Below, in pieces: positions 47,743 through 57,589 of a stretch of 64,000 nucleotides of DNA. The translations under genes were made by a program, and so were the position numbers. This DNA is from a virus (taxonomy: Duplodnaviria > Heunggongvirae > Uroviricota > Caudoviricetes). Positions within the stretch are counted from its first letter, which is position 1. Every line of letters begins with the position of its first letter. The notes beneath the pieces are model-generated. The model had not been told where the DNA came from and searched no databases. It was given only the letters and a program-made list of their open reading frames with translations. The stretch is taken from positions 1 to 64,000 of the IMG/VR virus record IMGVR_UViG_3300044765_000092; one strand, written 5' to 3'.

Positions 47743-48404
47743 AATCACGTACAGACAACGAGTCTCGTCGATCAGCGGTCTCGGTGCCTAGACACGGTCC
47801 TGGGCGCCTGCCTGAAGAAAAGTGGATGTCGGTCACGGCTGAAGACGTTGGGTCCGGGTTCAAAGCTGCGACGTTTGACGACCCTTCGGCTGTTGCACGA
47901 CGAAAGAACACGCGGATTATCCTTGACCCCTTGCAGAAACTGCAACTGGTCAAGGTGCGTGAACAGCCGGGTCCACGGGACTCGCAGTTCCTGCACGGTG
48001 ACTCGCGTTTCTTCTGCACGCTGTTCAAGAAACGCAAGCCCCAACAAAAACCAAAGCCCGATCAGCCTCCGGCTAAGAAACCGTTTGGGTCAGAGAAACC
48101 AAATCCGGTTCAGACGCAGAAGTTCAGACAGTCGCTGCGCAACAACATCCACCAAGTATCGAACTTCTTTCTTGACGAACTCAGCCCAAAGACATTGGCG
48201 CTTGCCACATCGTTGGATCGCGTTCGCAACATAACCAGCCAGTGGATCGACGACCCGATCGATCTACCTACTCAGTTTATTCATTCGCGGGCTATGCGTG
48301 CCGTCGAAATCCGTCTCGTTCGTTATCTGTGTCAGTATTTTGATCTTACGAAAGAAGAGTGTGCTCTCATGCTCTCTGAGTTTGATCGAAAGCTGAACTT
48401 ATGA
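47739..48404 (+). CDS. Hypothetical protein, terminase small subunit candidate by position
   Basis: Overlaps the start of the terminase large subunit gene. Confidence 0.4.
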   Translation: MKSRTDNESRRSAVSVPRHGPGRLPEEKWMSVTAEDVGSGFKAATFDDPSAVARRKNTRIILDPLQKLQLVKVREQPGPRDSQFLHGDSRFFCTLFKKRKPQQKPKPDQPPAKKPFGSEKPNPVQTQKFRQSLRNNIHQVSNFFLDELSPKTLALATSLDRVRNITSQWIDDPIDLPTQFIHSRAMRAVEIRLVRYLCQYFDLTKEECALMLSEFDRKLNL

Positions 48405-50653
48405 CAAACGGTTTTGACGAACGCACACGAGCTTACGTCGAAGAACTTTTCGGTGTTGCTGACCGGCAGGCAGCAACTGGATCCATCGAAGACCTACCAG
48501 ACGACTACAGTCCGGTAGGTCTTATTGCCTCCGAGTCAGACTTTGACTTGTCGAAGCTGGTGGACAACGCGCTGGACCCCGTGACGGGCGCTCCACGCGA
48601 CATCAAAATCCCCGAGAACGATTTTCCTGAGGCGAAGAACTACTTTGACTTCTGCCTCAATTTTCAAGGACCAGATTTCCGTTTCCCGTTCATCCGGCAA
48701 ATGTGGATCATGCTCATGCTATTCGGCGAAGTGTGTCCGCGTTGCACGCCCACAAAGTGGATGAACATTCACAATGTGCCAGTCGGTAAGGCTGAAGGGA
48801 TCAACCAAGGTATCTCGGTCGGCAACAAGATGCAGTTGCTGGACTACGGAACATGTCCACGCTGCAAGGTCACAAAGCGTGAACTGTTCGCCAATCGTGA
48901 GCTCAAGCAGTACCGTGAACTCGCGTTGTGCGTCGGCCAACGGGGTGGTAAGTCTACGACTGTTGCGTCCGGTGCGCAGTACATGCTGCACAAGTACCTC
49001 AAGTATCCGAGGATGAGCAGTCTATGTGTCGGTATTCAGGCCAGCACTCCGCTGATGGCCACATTCGTTGGCTACCGCTTCGCCGACGCGTTCAACCTGC
49101 TTTGGGATCCGATTATCAAGAACATCGATCAGAGTCCGTGGTTCACTGACTACCACGCAATGCTCGATTTCTACGGTAAGAAGCACGGCATTGAGTTCTA
49201 CCGTAAGAAGGACGTGTATCTGCGGTATGGTCATAAGAACCTGGAACTCTACCCAGCAGGCCCGTCGAAGCGAGCACTGCGCGGTCGTACGCGATGGCTT
49301 ACCGCGATCGACGAACTCGGCTGGTTCCCAGTCAACGAAGGGGCGGTCAAGAAGGGCATGACACCAGAAGACAGTGAACGCGAGCGTGCTGATGCTGACG
49401 AAGTGTGGAAAGCCCTTGACCGTTCGTTGCTGACGATGCGTGGTGAAGTGTCGAAGCTCTACGACAAGGGGTATAACAACTTCCTGCAGGCGTATGCTTT
49501 GAACATCAGTTCGCCGTCTAGTCAATTCGACAAGATCACACGCTTGGTCAACGAAAACGAGAACAGCCGACGGACATTGGCGCTTCGTCTTGCTACGTGG
49601 CAGATCACGCCTATGTTCCCACGCGATCACGAAGAAATCGTGGACGCGTATGAGAAGGACGCTGTAGGCGCTGAGCGTGACTACGGTGCTAATCCTCCGC
49701 AGAACGATGCTGCATTCATCGACATCCAGGTGGCTGAACGTTGCTTTACTGGTCTCAATCGGGCGTCCGTCCAATTCGAGACAAAGATTGTCAAAGACAA
49801 CATGCGTCGAGCTGGCTATGTCAATGCCACGAATCCAGCTCAACCGTGTCCACCGTGCGTGATGAGCATCGATGCGGGCTTGTCGAACAATAGCTTTGCC
49901 ATAACGGTTCTTCATTTGGACCAACTACGAAAGAAACAGTTGGACGGCGAGCATGTGACTACACGGGTCAAAGTCCCCGTCATGCTCGAGATTCAGCCTC
50001 GACCCGGTGCGAAGCTCCATTACACGCGAATCTACGAAGCGGTGCTCAGTCCGTTGATCAAAGCGTTCAACGTGCAGTATCTGTTTGCAGATCGTTGGAA
50101 CTCGGTTGCTCTATTGGATCGCGCGGCTGACGAACATCCGCAACTTCAGAGTCAGCAGTACAGTGTTCGATACGAAGATTTTGTGCTCACGCGCTCGTAC
50201 ATCGAAGAGTCCCGAATCGAGTTTCCGAAACTGGAAATGCCGACCGACAAGATCAAACGAGTTGAGGGAAAGTACCCCGACTACTTCGAAGACAGCCCGG
50301 CTGCGCACTTGTTGTTCCAACTGATGACTGTGCGAGACAAGGGCAAGACTGTCCTCAAAGGCCCCGGCTATACTGACGACATATTTCGTGCACTGGTATT
50401 GGGACTCGGTCGACTGATGTACCCAAAGATCTACGACGATATGGTGGAAAAGGCTGCACGAATGACTCGGGGCTACACCCTCGGTGCATTCTCTGCCGGC
50501 AGATCTGGGTTAGGTGCAGTCTACAGTTCACAACAAGCAAGCGGAGTTGCGGTCGTCAACGGGTACAGTTCGGGGCCAATGAGGACGAATACTGGAGCTA
50601 CAAACGGACAAGGGAACAGTGTTGTAGTCATCGGTACGCGCGGACCTTGTTGA
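48401..50653 (+). CDS. terL: Terminase large subunit
   Basis: Walker A GQRGGKST, RGRTR, Walker B AIDE, ISSP, nuclease SIDAG...TDD; upstream of the portal candidate. Confidence 0.88.
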   Translation: MTNGFDERTRAYVEELFGVADRQAATGSIEDLPDDYSPVGLIASESDFDLSKLVDNALDPVTGAPRDIKIPENDFPEAKNYFDFCLNFQGPDFRFPFIRQMWIMLMLFGEVCPRCTPTKWMNIHNVPVGKAEGINQGISVGNKMQLLDYGTCPRCKVTKRELFANRELKQYRELALCVGQRGGKSTTVASGAQYMLHKYLKYPRMSSLCVGIQASTPLMATFVGYRFADAFNLLWDPIIKNIDQSPWFTDYHAMLDFYGKKHGIEFYRKKDVYLRYGHKNLELYPAGPSKRALRGRTRWLTAIDELGWFPVNEGAVKKGMTPEDSERERADADEVWKALDRSLLTMRGEVSKLYDKGYNNFLQAYALNISSPSSQFDKITRLVNENENSRRTLALRLATWQITPMFPRDHEEIVDAYEKDAVGAERDYGANPPQNDAAFIDIQVAERCFTGLNRASVQFETKIVKDNMRRAGYVNATNPAQPCPPCVMSIDAGLSNNSFAITVLHLDQLRKKQLDGEHVTTRVKVPVMLEIQPRPGAKLHYTRIYEAVLSPLIKAFNVQYLFADRWNSVALLDRAADEHPQLQSQQYSVRYEDFVLTRSYIEESRIEFPKLEMPTDKIKRVEGKYPDYFEDSPAAHLLFQLMTVRDKGKTVLKGPGYTDDIFRALVLGLGRLMYPKIYDDMVEKAARMTRGYTLGAFSAGRSGLGAVYSSQQASGVAVVNGYSSGPMRTNTGATNGQGNSVVVIGTRGPC

Positions 50654-50707
50654 GATCAGCAAGTAATTTGATGGTGTGTAAGAGATTCCTAGTGGAGAAG
50701 TCTAATC

Positions 50708-50947
50708 ATGGCCCGCAGCAGCAGCACCACCAATAACACAGAACGCCGGATCCCTCAATCGATGCAGGAACCTGTGCAACCTCAAGGTGAAACCAAGCTG
50801 GTGAGCGCTCGCTTCGAGAACACTGAAGAGGGCGTTTGCCCTGTGTGTCACGAGCCAATGAAACCGACGTCGGCCAACGGCGTTGATTCTCTTGTCTGTT
50901 TGGCTCATCGCATCGTCATGCCTGTTCGGGATAACACCAATGTTTAA
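50708..50947 (+). CDS. Small Zn-ribbon protein
   Basis: CPVC...CLAH; ggag RBS. Confidence 0.65.
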   Translation: MARSSSTTNNTERRIPQSMQEPVQPQGETKLVSARFENTEEGVCPVCHEPMKPTSANGVDSLVCLAHRIVMPVRDNTNV

Positions 50948-52766
50948 GACTGATCGTCGGTTTAACGTCACAAGTTCGGCTCTCCGAACTACACGAGTCG
51001 GAGCCTCGGCCTCGCCAGTAACGGCAAAGGCAGGAGGCGCTGAAGTCGCCAACGTGTTTGGTCTCGGATTCGGCAACACGAGCATGAACTTTGCGTTGGC
51101 TGGGCCGATGAACAATTGGGGTATCCTCAATCAGTTCGTTCCCGAGCAGGAGCAAGGTCTACGCCGACTGTATCGTGATATCTACGATTACGACGCGGTG
51201 TGCGGATCGATTGTCGACATGTTGTCGGTCTTCCCGTTTTCTGACTATAGTCTTACGGGACTCGACGCTGACAAGATCGAGAAGTACGAAGAGAGTTTGC
51301 AGCGACTGAATATTCGGGCTTTGATGCCCGAGATCAGTTTGGCCCGTCTAGTTGATGGTGAGTTTGTTGGCAGTCTGATCTTCAACGAGAAGGAGAAGGT
51401 ATTCATCGATGTGATCCTCTACCCATCAGAGGATTGCCGTATCGAGGAACTGCCTCTCTACTCGATGGACCCAAAGATCGTTGTGCGGAACAACGAAAAG
51501 TTGCGCCGCATCTTGACCAGCAACGACAAGATGGCTGTGGCTATCCGTAGTCGATTGCCTGCCAGTCTGAAGCAAGCACTCCAAGCTCCAGCATTCGAAC
51601 TGGATCCGATCACAACGTTGTACGTCTCTAGGCGCACGTTGCCGGGCCGGCCGCCAACATCGTTCCTCAAGCGTGTGCTTCCTATCTATCTGATCGAGAA
51701 GACGCTGTTCCGAGGCACGTTGACTGAAGCTACTCGTCGTCAGCGCAGTATGCTGCATGTCACAATGGGTGACGATACACACGAGTTCACGCCACAGGAA
51801 ATGGCGGAGACCGTGAATCAGTTCCAGATGGCTGACGCTGACCCGTTGGGTGCTGTGATCGGTACCCGGGCAAACGTACAGGCCACAGAACTCCGCCAAG
51901 GTGGTGACTTCTGGAAGTGGACTGACACGATTGACACGCTGACTCCCTACAAGCTGCGTGCTCTCGGTGTGTCGGAAGCGTTCCTCAGTGCCGATGCGAC
52001 ATACTCGAATGTGGAATCTGGTGTGTCGGTCTTCATGGAGAACATCGACGCGTATCGTCAGCAAATGACGTATGAGGTGTTCACCAACAAGATCTTCCCG
52101 ATCATTGGTATTGCCAATGACTTCTGGAAGAAGGGCAAGGAAGTCAGCTCGGACTCGCGGAACAAGATTCTGTACCAGATGAGCAACGCAAAGGATCTCG
52201 AGATCCCGACCGTGCGCTGGCACAAGCGCCTTGAAGCCAAGTCTGACGACAATCAGATCGACCTACTGAACACGCTGTCGGAGAAGGGATTCCCTGTGCC
52301 GCTCCGTATGTGGGCGGCGGCCGCAAAGGTCGATCTCAACACTCTTTACCACGATCTGGCAGAAGACGAGTCGATCCGCAAGAAGTTGGCGCAACTCACT
52401 GGTAAGAAACCAGAAGACTTCCTACCAAAGGACGCCAACGACGAAGGTGGTGACGAAGGTGGAGGCCAGTTCGCTTCGCTTCGTGCGCCACGTCGTAAGC
52501 CGTTGCTTGCTCGTGACTTTGGCGAGTCTGGTGAGATCAAGGGACAGACCAAGAGTGGTAAAGACAAGTATATCCTGAACCAGAAGAAAGCTCAGCAAGA
52601 GATCAATCAGACAATCGCGCAGGCTACGGCTGCGCTTCAGGACCCGAATGTCAAGCGCGCGGCGCTCCGTCGGGTGGTTGGACAGTTGGGGCGTATCCCT
52701 GACATCATTGGAGGCTTGAACCGTGACCAGCAGCAAGCAATGCGAAACGGGTACCGGAGTATTTAA
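50940..52766 (+). CDS. Portal protein
   Basis: About 610 aa downstream of terL; LYRDIY..DAVCGSIVDML, RALGVSEAFL..ATYSN portal-like segments. Confidence 0.7.
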   Translation: MFKTDRRFNVTSSALRTTRVGASASPVTAKAGGAEVANVFGLGFGNTSMNFALAGPMNNWGILNQFVPEQEQGLRRLYRDIYDYDAVCGSIVDMLSVFPFSDYSLTGLDADKIEKYEESLQRLNIRALMPEISLARLVDGEFVGSLIFNEKEKVFIDVILYPSEDCRIEELPLYSMDPKIVVRNNEKLRRILTSNDKMAVAIRSRLPASLKQALQAPAFELDPITTLYVSRRTLPGRPPTSFLKRVLPIYLIEKTLFRGTLTEATRRQRSMLHVTMGDDTHEFTPQEMAETVNQFQMADADPLGAVIGTRANVQATELRQGGDFWKWTDTIDTLTPYKLRALGVSEAFLSADATYSNVESGVSVFMENIDAYRQQMTYEVFTNKIFPIIGIANDFWKKGKEVSSDSRNKILYQMSNAKDLEIPTVRWHKRLEAKSDDNQIDLLNTLSEKGFPVPLRMWAAAAKVDLNTLYHDLAEDESIRKKLAQLTGKKPEDFLPKDANDEGGDEGGGQFASLRAPRRKPLLARDFGESGEIKGQTKSGKDKYILNQKKAQQEINQTIAQATAALQDPNVKRAALRRVVGQLGRIPDIIGGLNRDQQQAMRNGYRSI

Positions 52767-53208
52767 GCTGGCTGTCCTGTGGTGCCAGTGGACCCCACAG
52801 ATAAAGACACGCATCGTTCGTGATGTATTGTCTCTTCAGCGGCTGGCTACCGTCAATCAAACTCAACTGGTCGTCGCGTGCGACGCGGAGTTGCATCCTC
52901 AGCTTGAGGCTCTCCGCGTCGGGGTGTCGTCTGATTTCAACGGGTCTGATATGTGGCGTGTATACGCCGTATCGCAGGAACTGTTGACTGACGAAACAAT
53001 GTCACGCATTCCAGACGACGTGACTGATGTAGAAAACATCTTCTTGATTGGTGGTCGGCCACCGCTGCCAACTATCAAAGATCAGCATCCGTACGACGCG
53101 ATGGATCTCAAGAAGGATTGGTACTCGATCCCCGATACGATGCCGTTGGACCAGCCTGCGCCTCTCAACCAAGAGCCAGACTACTACAGCATCAACCCTT
53201 TCCTGTAA
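52723..53208 (+). CDS. Hypothetical protein
   Basis: 161-aa ORF; start uncertain. Confidence 0.5.
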   Translation: MTSSKQCETGTGVFKLAVLWCQWTPQIKTRIVRDVLSLQRLATVNQTQLVVACDAELHPQLEALRVGVSSDFNGSDMWRVYAVSQELLTDETMSRIPDDVTDVENIFLIGGRPPLPTIKDQHPYDAMDLKKDWYSIPDTMPLDQPAPLNQEPDYYSINPFL

Positions 53209-53221
53209 GGAGCAGTTCAAC

Positions 53222-53563
53222 ATGGGACACACTTTTGGCGGCCTGATCTTCAATCTTGGTGCAGGCCCTTGGACGATGGTGATGATGGGTATTGCGTCGG
53301 CACTAGCCGGCATGATCAGTCATTGGGCCAAGGTCTATTTCAAGGACGGCGTCAAGCACTCGATCACCGACTGGTATATCTTCAAGAACCCAAAGGGCAC
53401 TCTGTTGGCCGTGGTCTCTATGCTGGGTGCTCTGTTTGCGGCGTTTGCTCCGCTCGACTATACGACGCTCAGCCTGTACCAAGTGATCACGCAAGCGTTT
53501 GCCATTGGCTACGCGGCTGACACTCTGAACGGTTTGACGTCAGGTGGTACTTCCACACAGTGA
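53222..53563 (+). CDS. Small membrane protein (holin-like candidate)
   Basis: aaggag RBS; three hydrophobic segments. Confidence 0.6.
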   Translation: MGHTFGGLIFNLGAGPWTMVMMGIASALAGMISHWAKVYFKDGVKHSITDWYIFKNPKGTLLAVVSMLGALFAAFAPLDYTTLSLYQVITQAFAIGYAADTLNGLTSGGTSTQ

Positions 53564-53584
53564 GCTCAAACTGTAAATGAACTA

Positions 53585-53629
53585 CACGTAACCCGGCAGT
53601 GCTTTAGACAGCGCGAGCCGGGTTTCGTG
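53585..53629 (+). promoter_or_regulatory. Long stem-loop just downstream of a TGTAAATG motif
   Basis: cacg/cgtg, aacccggc/gccgggtt and gtgct/agcgc stems. Confidence 0.5.
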
Positions 53630-53649
53630 CTATGTGGGCCTGACCTAAC

Positions 53650-54375
53650 ATGAAACGCATTGAGTTAGCTACACCAGAGATTTCGTACGAGATCTACTGT
53701 ACGGTGCTCGACAATCTGGGGACTGGAGCTGAGCTCGCGTTTGGCCTGCCAACCGAGCTCATCAAGTTCGGGCATGAGATCAAAGAGATTCTGGAGCGCA
53801 TCGGCGAGCGAGTGGCTGTTGGGTTTACGGACCTCATAACTGCGTTCAAGCAACGCGACGTGTTTTCCTTGCTCAAGGCCGTTCACTTCAATCTGAAGAC
53901 CGTGCTGCACGCGATGCTTGAAGTATCGTCCATAATCAGCAAGGGATTGATTCATGTCTTTGAGATTCTGGCCAAGAGCAATGTGGTGCGCGCTCTTCGC
54001 GATGGTGCCACTACAGTCGACAAAGTGCTGGACGAACACCCGCTGCTGCGTAAACTCACCGGACCGGTGCTCGCGGGTTTGTTGCTGTGGATTTGGTTGT
54101 CGATGACCTTCGTTGGTGATCCACGGTTCGATATGGATCTGACAACGGCGATCGATGCGTTCAAGGGCAACTTCAGTGTTGCTGACTTGTTCACCAGCCC
54201 GTCGGGCTTGGCGATGATCGCACTGCTAGGCACTGGATTCATGGGTCTGAGCGTACCGTGGCTTGGGAGCTCGGTCTACAATTTGATCGTAGCTCTGATC
54301 TACACCGGGTACAAAAAGCTACGTGATCGCAGAGCCAAGATCATTCAACAACAGCTTGAACTAAAGAGGTACTGA
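53650..54375 (+). CDS. Membrane-associated hypothetical protein
   Basis: C-terminal hydrophobic segments. Confidence 0.65.
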   Translation: MKRIELATPEISYEIYCTVLDNLGTGAELAFGLPTELIKFGHEIKEILERIGERVAVGFTDLITAFKQRDVFSLLKAVHFNLKTVLHAMLEVSSIISKGLIHVFEILAKSNVVRALRDGATTVDKVLDEHPLLRKLTGPVLAGLLLWIWLSMTFVGDPRFDMDLTTAIDAFKGNFSVADLFTSPSGLAMIALLGTGFMGLSVPWLGSSVYNLIVALIYTGYKKLRDRRAKIIQQQLELKRY

Positions 54376-54376
54376 C

Positions 54377-54580
54377 ATGATCGAAGACTTTCAAGACTAC
54401 CTGACAGCCGCTGAGTGCTTGCCCGCTGACGCAGTGGTCAAACGTGCGTTAGAGATTGCAGTCGAAGATCCGTGGTTGTCCGGTATGTTGTGGATGATCG
54501 CGTCGCGTAAGTGCGTGGTTATGGCTGCGTCGTGTGCCGAGCGCTATGTCGATGACCTCAAGGCCCGAAACAAGCTCTGA
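54377..54580 (+). CDS. Hypothetical protein
   Basis: 67-aa ORF, gagg RBS. Confidence 0.5.
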   Translation: MIEDFQDYLTAAECLPADAVVKRALEIAVEDPWLSGMLWMIASRKCVVMAASCAERYVDDLKARNKL

Positions 54581-54582
54581 CA

Positions 54583-56478
54583 ATGATGCAGATCGAACAC
54601 GCCGCAGTCAACTTCAAGAACAAGTCGCTTGATCAACTCAAGCAGTTGTACATCAAGTCGAAAGACCTCTACTACAATTCCCCAAACGGCAAGACGCTGA
54701 TGTCGGACAAGGACTTCGATACGCTCGAAGACTTGATTCGTGAACAGGATCCGCGGTGGAAGGGGTTTGGTGCAGGCATCAAGGTCAAGAAGTTCAAGGC
54801 ACCACTGCCAGTGCCGATCTTTTCCCTTGATAAGATCAAGACCCAGGAAGGCCTGACTCGTTGGTTCGACAGTCTGGAGTCCGATTCCCTGGTCCTGTCT
54901 GATAAGCTGGACGGGGCTGCACTCGAGATCGTGTACACCAAGGGCGTGCCGTCCAAGGCATTTACTCGCGGCAATGGCAAGATCGGTGGCGACGTTTCGT
55001 ACATCCTGCCGTATCTGCGCATTCCCCAAAAGGTGGGGACCACGAGCTTCATCATCCGGTGTGAGGGACTGTTCAGCAAGCAAGCGTTCCAGCGACACGC
55101 TCATGAATTTGATGCTGCACGCAACGCTGCATCAGGTGTGCTGAATCGTACGGACATCCACAAGGCGGTACGCGATCTGACAGTCGCGGTGATCGAAGTG
55201 TTGCAGCCACGGATCCAACCGTCCAAGGGTCTCAAGTGGGCGGCAACCAAGGGGTTCTTTGTCGTTCCGTACAAGGTGGTGCCGAAGTCCAAGCTCGACG
55301 TTGACGTGTTGTCCAAGTTGCTGGCCCGGCGTAAGGCCAACAGCAAGTTTGAGATGGATGGTCTGGTCCTGGTCGAAGACCGAGTTCATCCAGTACCGAC
55401 TGGCAACCCAGATTGGGGAATCGCCTTCAAGGAGGATCTGGCTACAGCCGACGCACCGGTCACTACTGTCGAAGAAGTGGTGTGGGCCATCAGTCCTAAA
55501 GGCAAGATCGTTCCGCGTGTTCGTGTATCGCCCGTCAAGTTCGGCGGAGCGACTGTCAAGTACGCGGCGGCATTCAACGCCCAATTCGTGGTCAAGCACA
55601 AGCTAGGTCCCGGGGCCAAGATCGCGTTGCAGCGCAGTGGCGACATTATCCCCGACATCCTCCAGGTGGTCAAGTCAGCGAACAAGCCTCAGTTGCCGCC
55701 ATCGGACATAGGCGAGTACAGCTGGGACAAGACCAAGGTCAACTTTGTACTTGTCAATCCGACGCAGAACGATACGTTCCGCCGTAAGGTAATGGCACGA
55801 TTCTTCGCCCACATCGGAGTCGACTTTGTCAAGGGCGGAGCCATCTCCAAGCTATACGACGCCGGGTTTACGAACATTCGCACCATTGTCCGTGCTACAC
55901 CCAAGGACTTTCTGAAAATACCTGGGGTGAAGGAAACGACAGCTAACAAGTGGTACGAGGCAATCCACAAGGTACTTGATCAGGGAGTAGAGTTGCCACT
56001 GTTGATGGACGCGAGCGGTGTGTTTCCGCTCGGTATGGGTGAAACCCGATTCCGTGCAGTGGCCGCTCAATACGACTTGATGAAGCTGATGCAGTTGGAC
56101 AAAGTGGGCATGCTGCGTAAGCTCCTTCAAGTGCCTGGCTTCCAAGCCAAGAACGCTGAAGCGTTTGTGATAGGGGCACCAAAGTTCCTCAAGTGGCTGT
56201 CAATCACGCAGATCAAGATTGGAAAGCCAAAGACCGAGAAGACCAAACAGTCCAGCTCCAAACTATCGGGTCAAGCCGTAACATGGACTGGGTATCGGGA
56301 TGCGACCCAAGAACAAACTGTCAAAGAAAATGGTGGTCAGATAGTGCCATTTGGCGGCAAGACGACAGTGCTGCTCTACAAGGCGAGCGGCAAATCAAGC
56401 ACCAAGATTCAAAAGGCACAGGACAAAGGACTCGTGGTCCTGACCTGGGATCAGTTTGTCAAGAGGTTCAAGCTATGA
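54583..56478 (+). CDS. ligA: NAD+-dependent DNA ligase
   Basis: YYN..MSDKDFD (domain Ia), KLDG, TRGNG, RNAASG, DGLV, AFK, RSGDIIP, HhH and BRCT. Confidence 0.93.
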   Translation: MMQIEHAAVNFKNKSLDQLKQLYIKSKDLYYNSPNGKTLMSDKDFDTLEDLIREQDPRWKGFGAGIKVKKFKAPLPVPIFSLDKIKTQEGLTRWFDSLESDSLVLSDKLDGAALEIVYTKGVPSKAFTRGNGKIGGDVSYILPYLRIPQKVGTTSFIIRCEGLFSKQAFQRHAHEFDAARNAASGVLNRTDIHKAVRDLTVAVIEVLQPRIQPSKGLKWAATKGFFVVPYKVVPKSKLDVDVLSKLLARRKANSKFEMDGLVLVEDRVHPVPTGNPDWGIAFKEDLATADAPVTTVEEVVWAISPKGKIVPRVRVSPVKFGGATVKYAAAFNAQFVVKHKLGPGAKIALQRSGDIIPDILQVVKSANKPQLPPSDIGEYSWDKTKVNFVLVNPTQNDTFRRKVMARFFAHIGVDFVKGGAISKLYDAGFTNIRTIVRATPKDFLKIPGVKETTANKWYEAIHKVLDQGVELPLLMDASGVFPLGMGETRFRAVAAQYDLMKLMQLDKVGMLRKLLQVPGFQAKNAEAFVIGAPKFLKWLSITQIKIGKPKTEKTKQSSSKLSGQAVTWTGYRDATQEQTVKENGGQIVPFGGKTTVLLYKASGKSSTKIQKAQDKGLVVLTWDQFVKRFKL

Positions 56479-57587
56479 AACGCATTGCAATTACATCGGA
56501 TTGGTGGGCAGAACTGAGCCCCGAAGGCCAGAAGGAATATCTGGCCGAACACCCAGATAGCAAGAAGGCACAGGAAGTTCGTCAGGCACAGGCTCAACAA
56601 CAGCATAAGCCATCGGAGAATAAGCCGGGGACCGGTATTGGACCCGAGTCGCATTCGGAAAAGCCCACGACCGAGAAGCCAGAGCACAAGGAAGCGCCAG
56701 CTCAAAAGCCTGCGGCCGAGAAAAAGGAAGGGCCGGAAAAGCCCGAGAAGCCAGAAGGTGAAAAGAAGGCTTCTCCACCGACGGTCGAGCGCAAGGTTCC
56801 GAGCGAGATGAAAAAGCCGGAGACCGAAAAGCCAGCTGAACCTGAGACTAAGACTCCGGCTCCCGCTCCGGCCCCTGCTCCAAAGGCCGAACACAAAGAT
56901 GAGGGTGAGGACAAGGGTGGTGAAGAAGCACCGTCAACCGAATCGGCACCCGACGCCCCCGCGGCTACTCCGTCTGGTCCTGTAGATCCTAAGTCGCTGC
57001 CAAAATCGGCGATGATCCACAAGCTCAAAGCCAAGATCAAGCGTTTGCACGGTCGCGACAAGGAATTCTTCGAGCAAGGTGGAGATGTTCCCAATAGTCC
57101 GCAACGCAAGAGCATTGCACAGCATGTCCGCGGCAAACACGGACTGATCATCAGCCATTTGAAGCAGCAGGCCCACGAATGGAAGTCTGGTGTAAACGCC
57201 CTGCACAAGCTGGGTCGAGGTAAACCACTGGATGATCATGACAAGCACGCTCTCAAGTCACTGACCAAGGACTTGATTGTCACAACGGGCATGGTTGCAT
57301 TTGGTGGTGGTCTGAGTCACGGTGTGATTCTGGCAGTCAAGCACATGGGTTTGGACATGATCCGTGACTCAGTGCTCAAGGCCGCGGCTCACGCAGTTGT
57401 GACCAAAGCTGCGCTCATGCATCATGTGCTTGCCACTGGTGGTGACCCAGACAAGGGTGACGCTGATTCGATCGACGATCGTCTGATGGAAGCGCTGCTC
57501 GAAGAAGTCACCAAGTTCATTGAGAGTGGTGATATTCCAGAGGAAGCATGGTCCAAAGCCATGTCAGAGATGGATATGAAGGACTGA
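56475..57587 (+). CDS. Probable virion/internal head protein with E/K/P-rich linker
   Basis: WWAELSPEGQKEYLAEHPDSK N-terminal motif; ~130-aa low-complexity region. Confidence 0.5.
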   Translation: MKRIAITSDWWAELSPEGQKEYLAEHPDSKKAQEVRQAQAQQQHKPSENKPGTGIGPESHSEKPTTEKPEHKEAPAQKPAAEKKEGPEKPEKPEGEKKASPPTVERKVPSEMKKPETEKPAEPETKTPAPAPAPAPKAEHKDEGEDKGGEEAPSTESAPDAPAATPSGPVDPKSLPKSAMIHKLKAKIKRLHGRDKEFFEQGGDVPNSPQRKSIAQHVRGKHGLIISHLKQQAHEWKSGVNALHKLGRGKPLDDHDKHALKSLTKDLIVTTGMVAFGGGLSHGVILAVKHMGLDMIRDSVLKAAAHAVVTKAALMHHVLATGGDPDKGDADSIDDRLMEALLEEVTKFIESGDIPEEAWSKAMSEMDMKD

Positions 57588-57589
57588 TT

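Noticed and set aside
48401-50653. Intein or intron in the large terminase or helicase genes
   Set aside because: No intein splice motifs or homing-endonuclease motifs were seen, and the reading frames are continuous.
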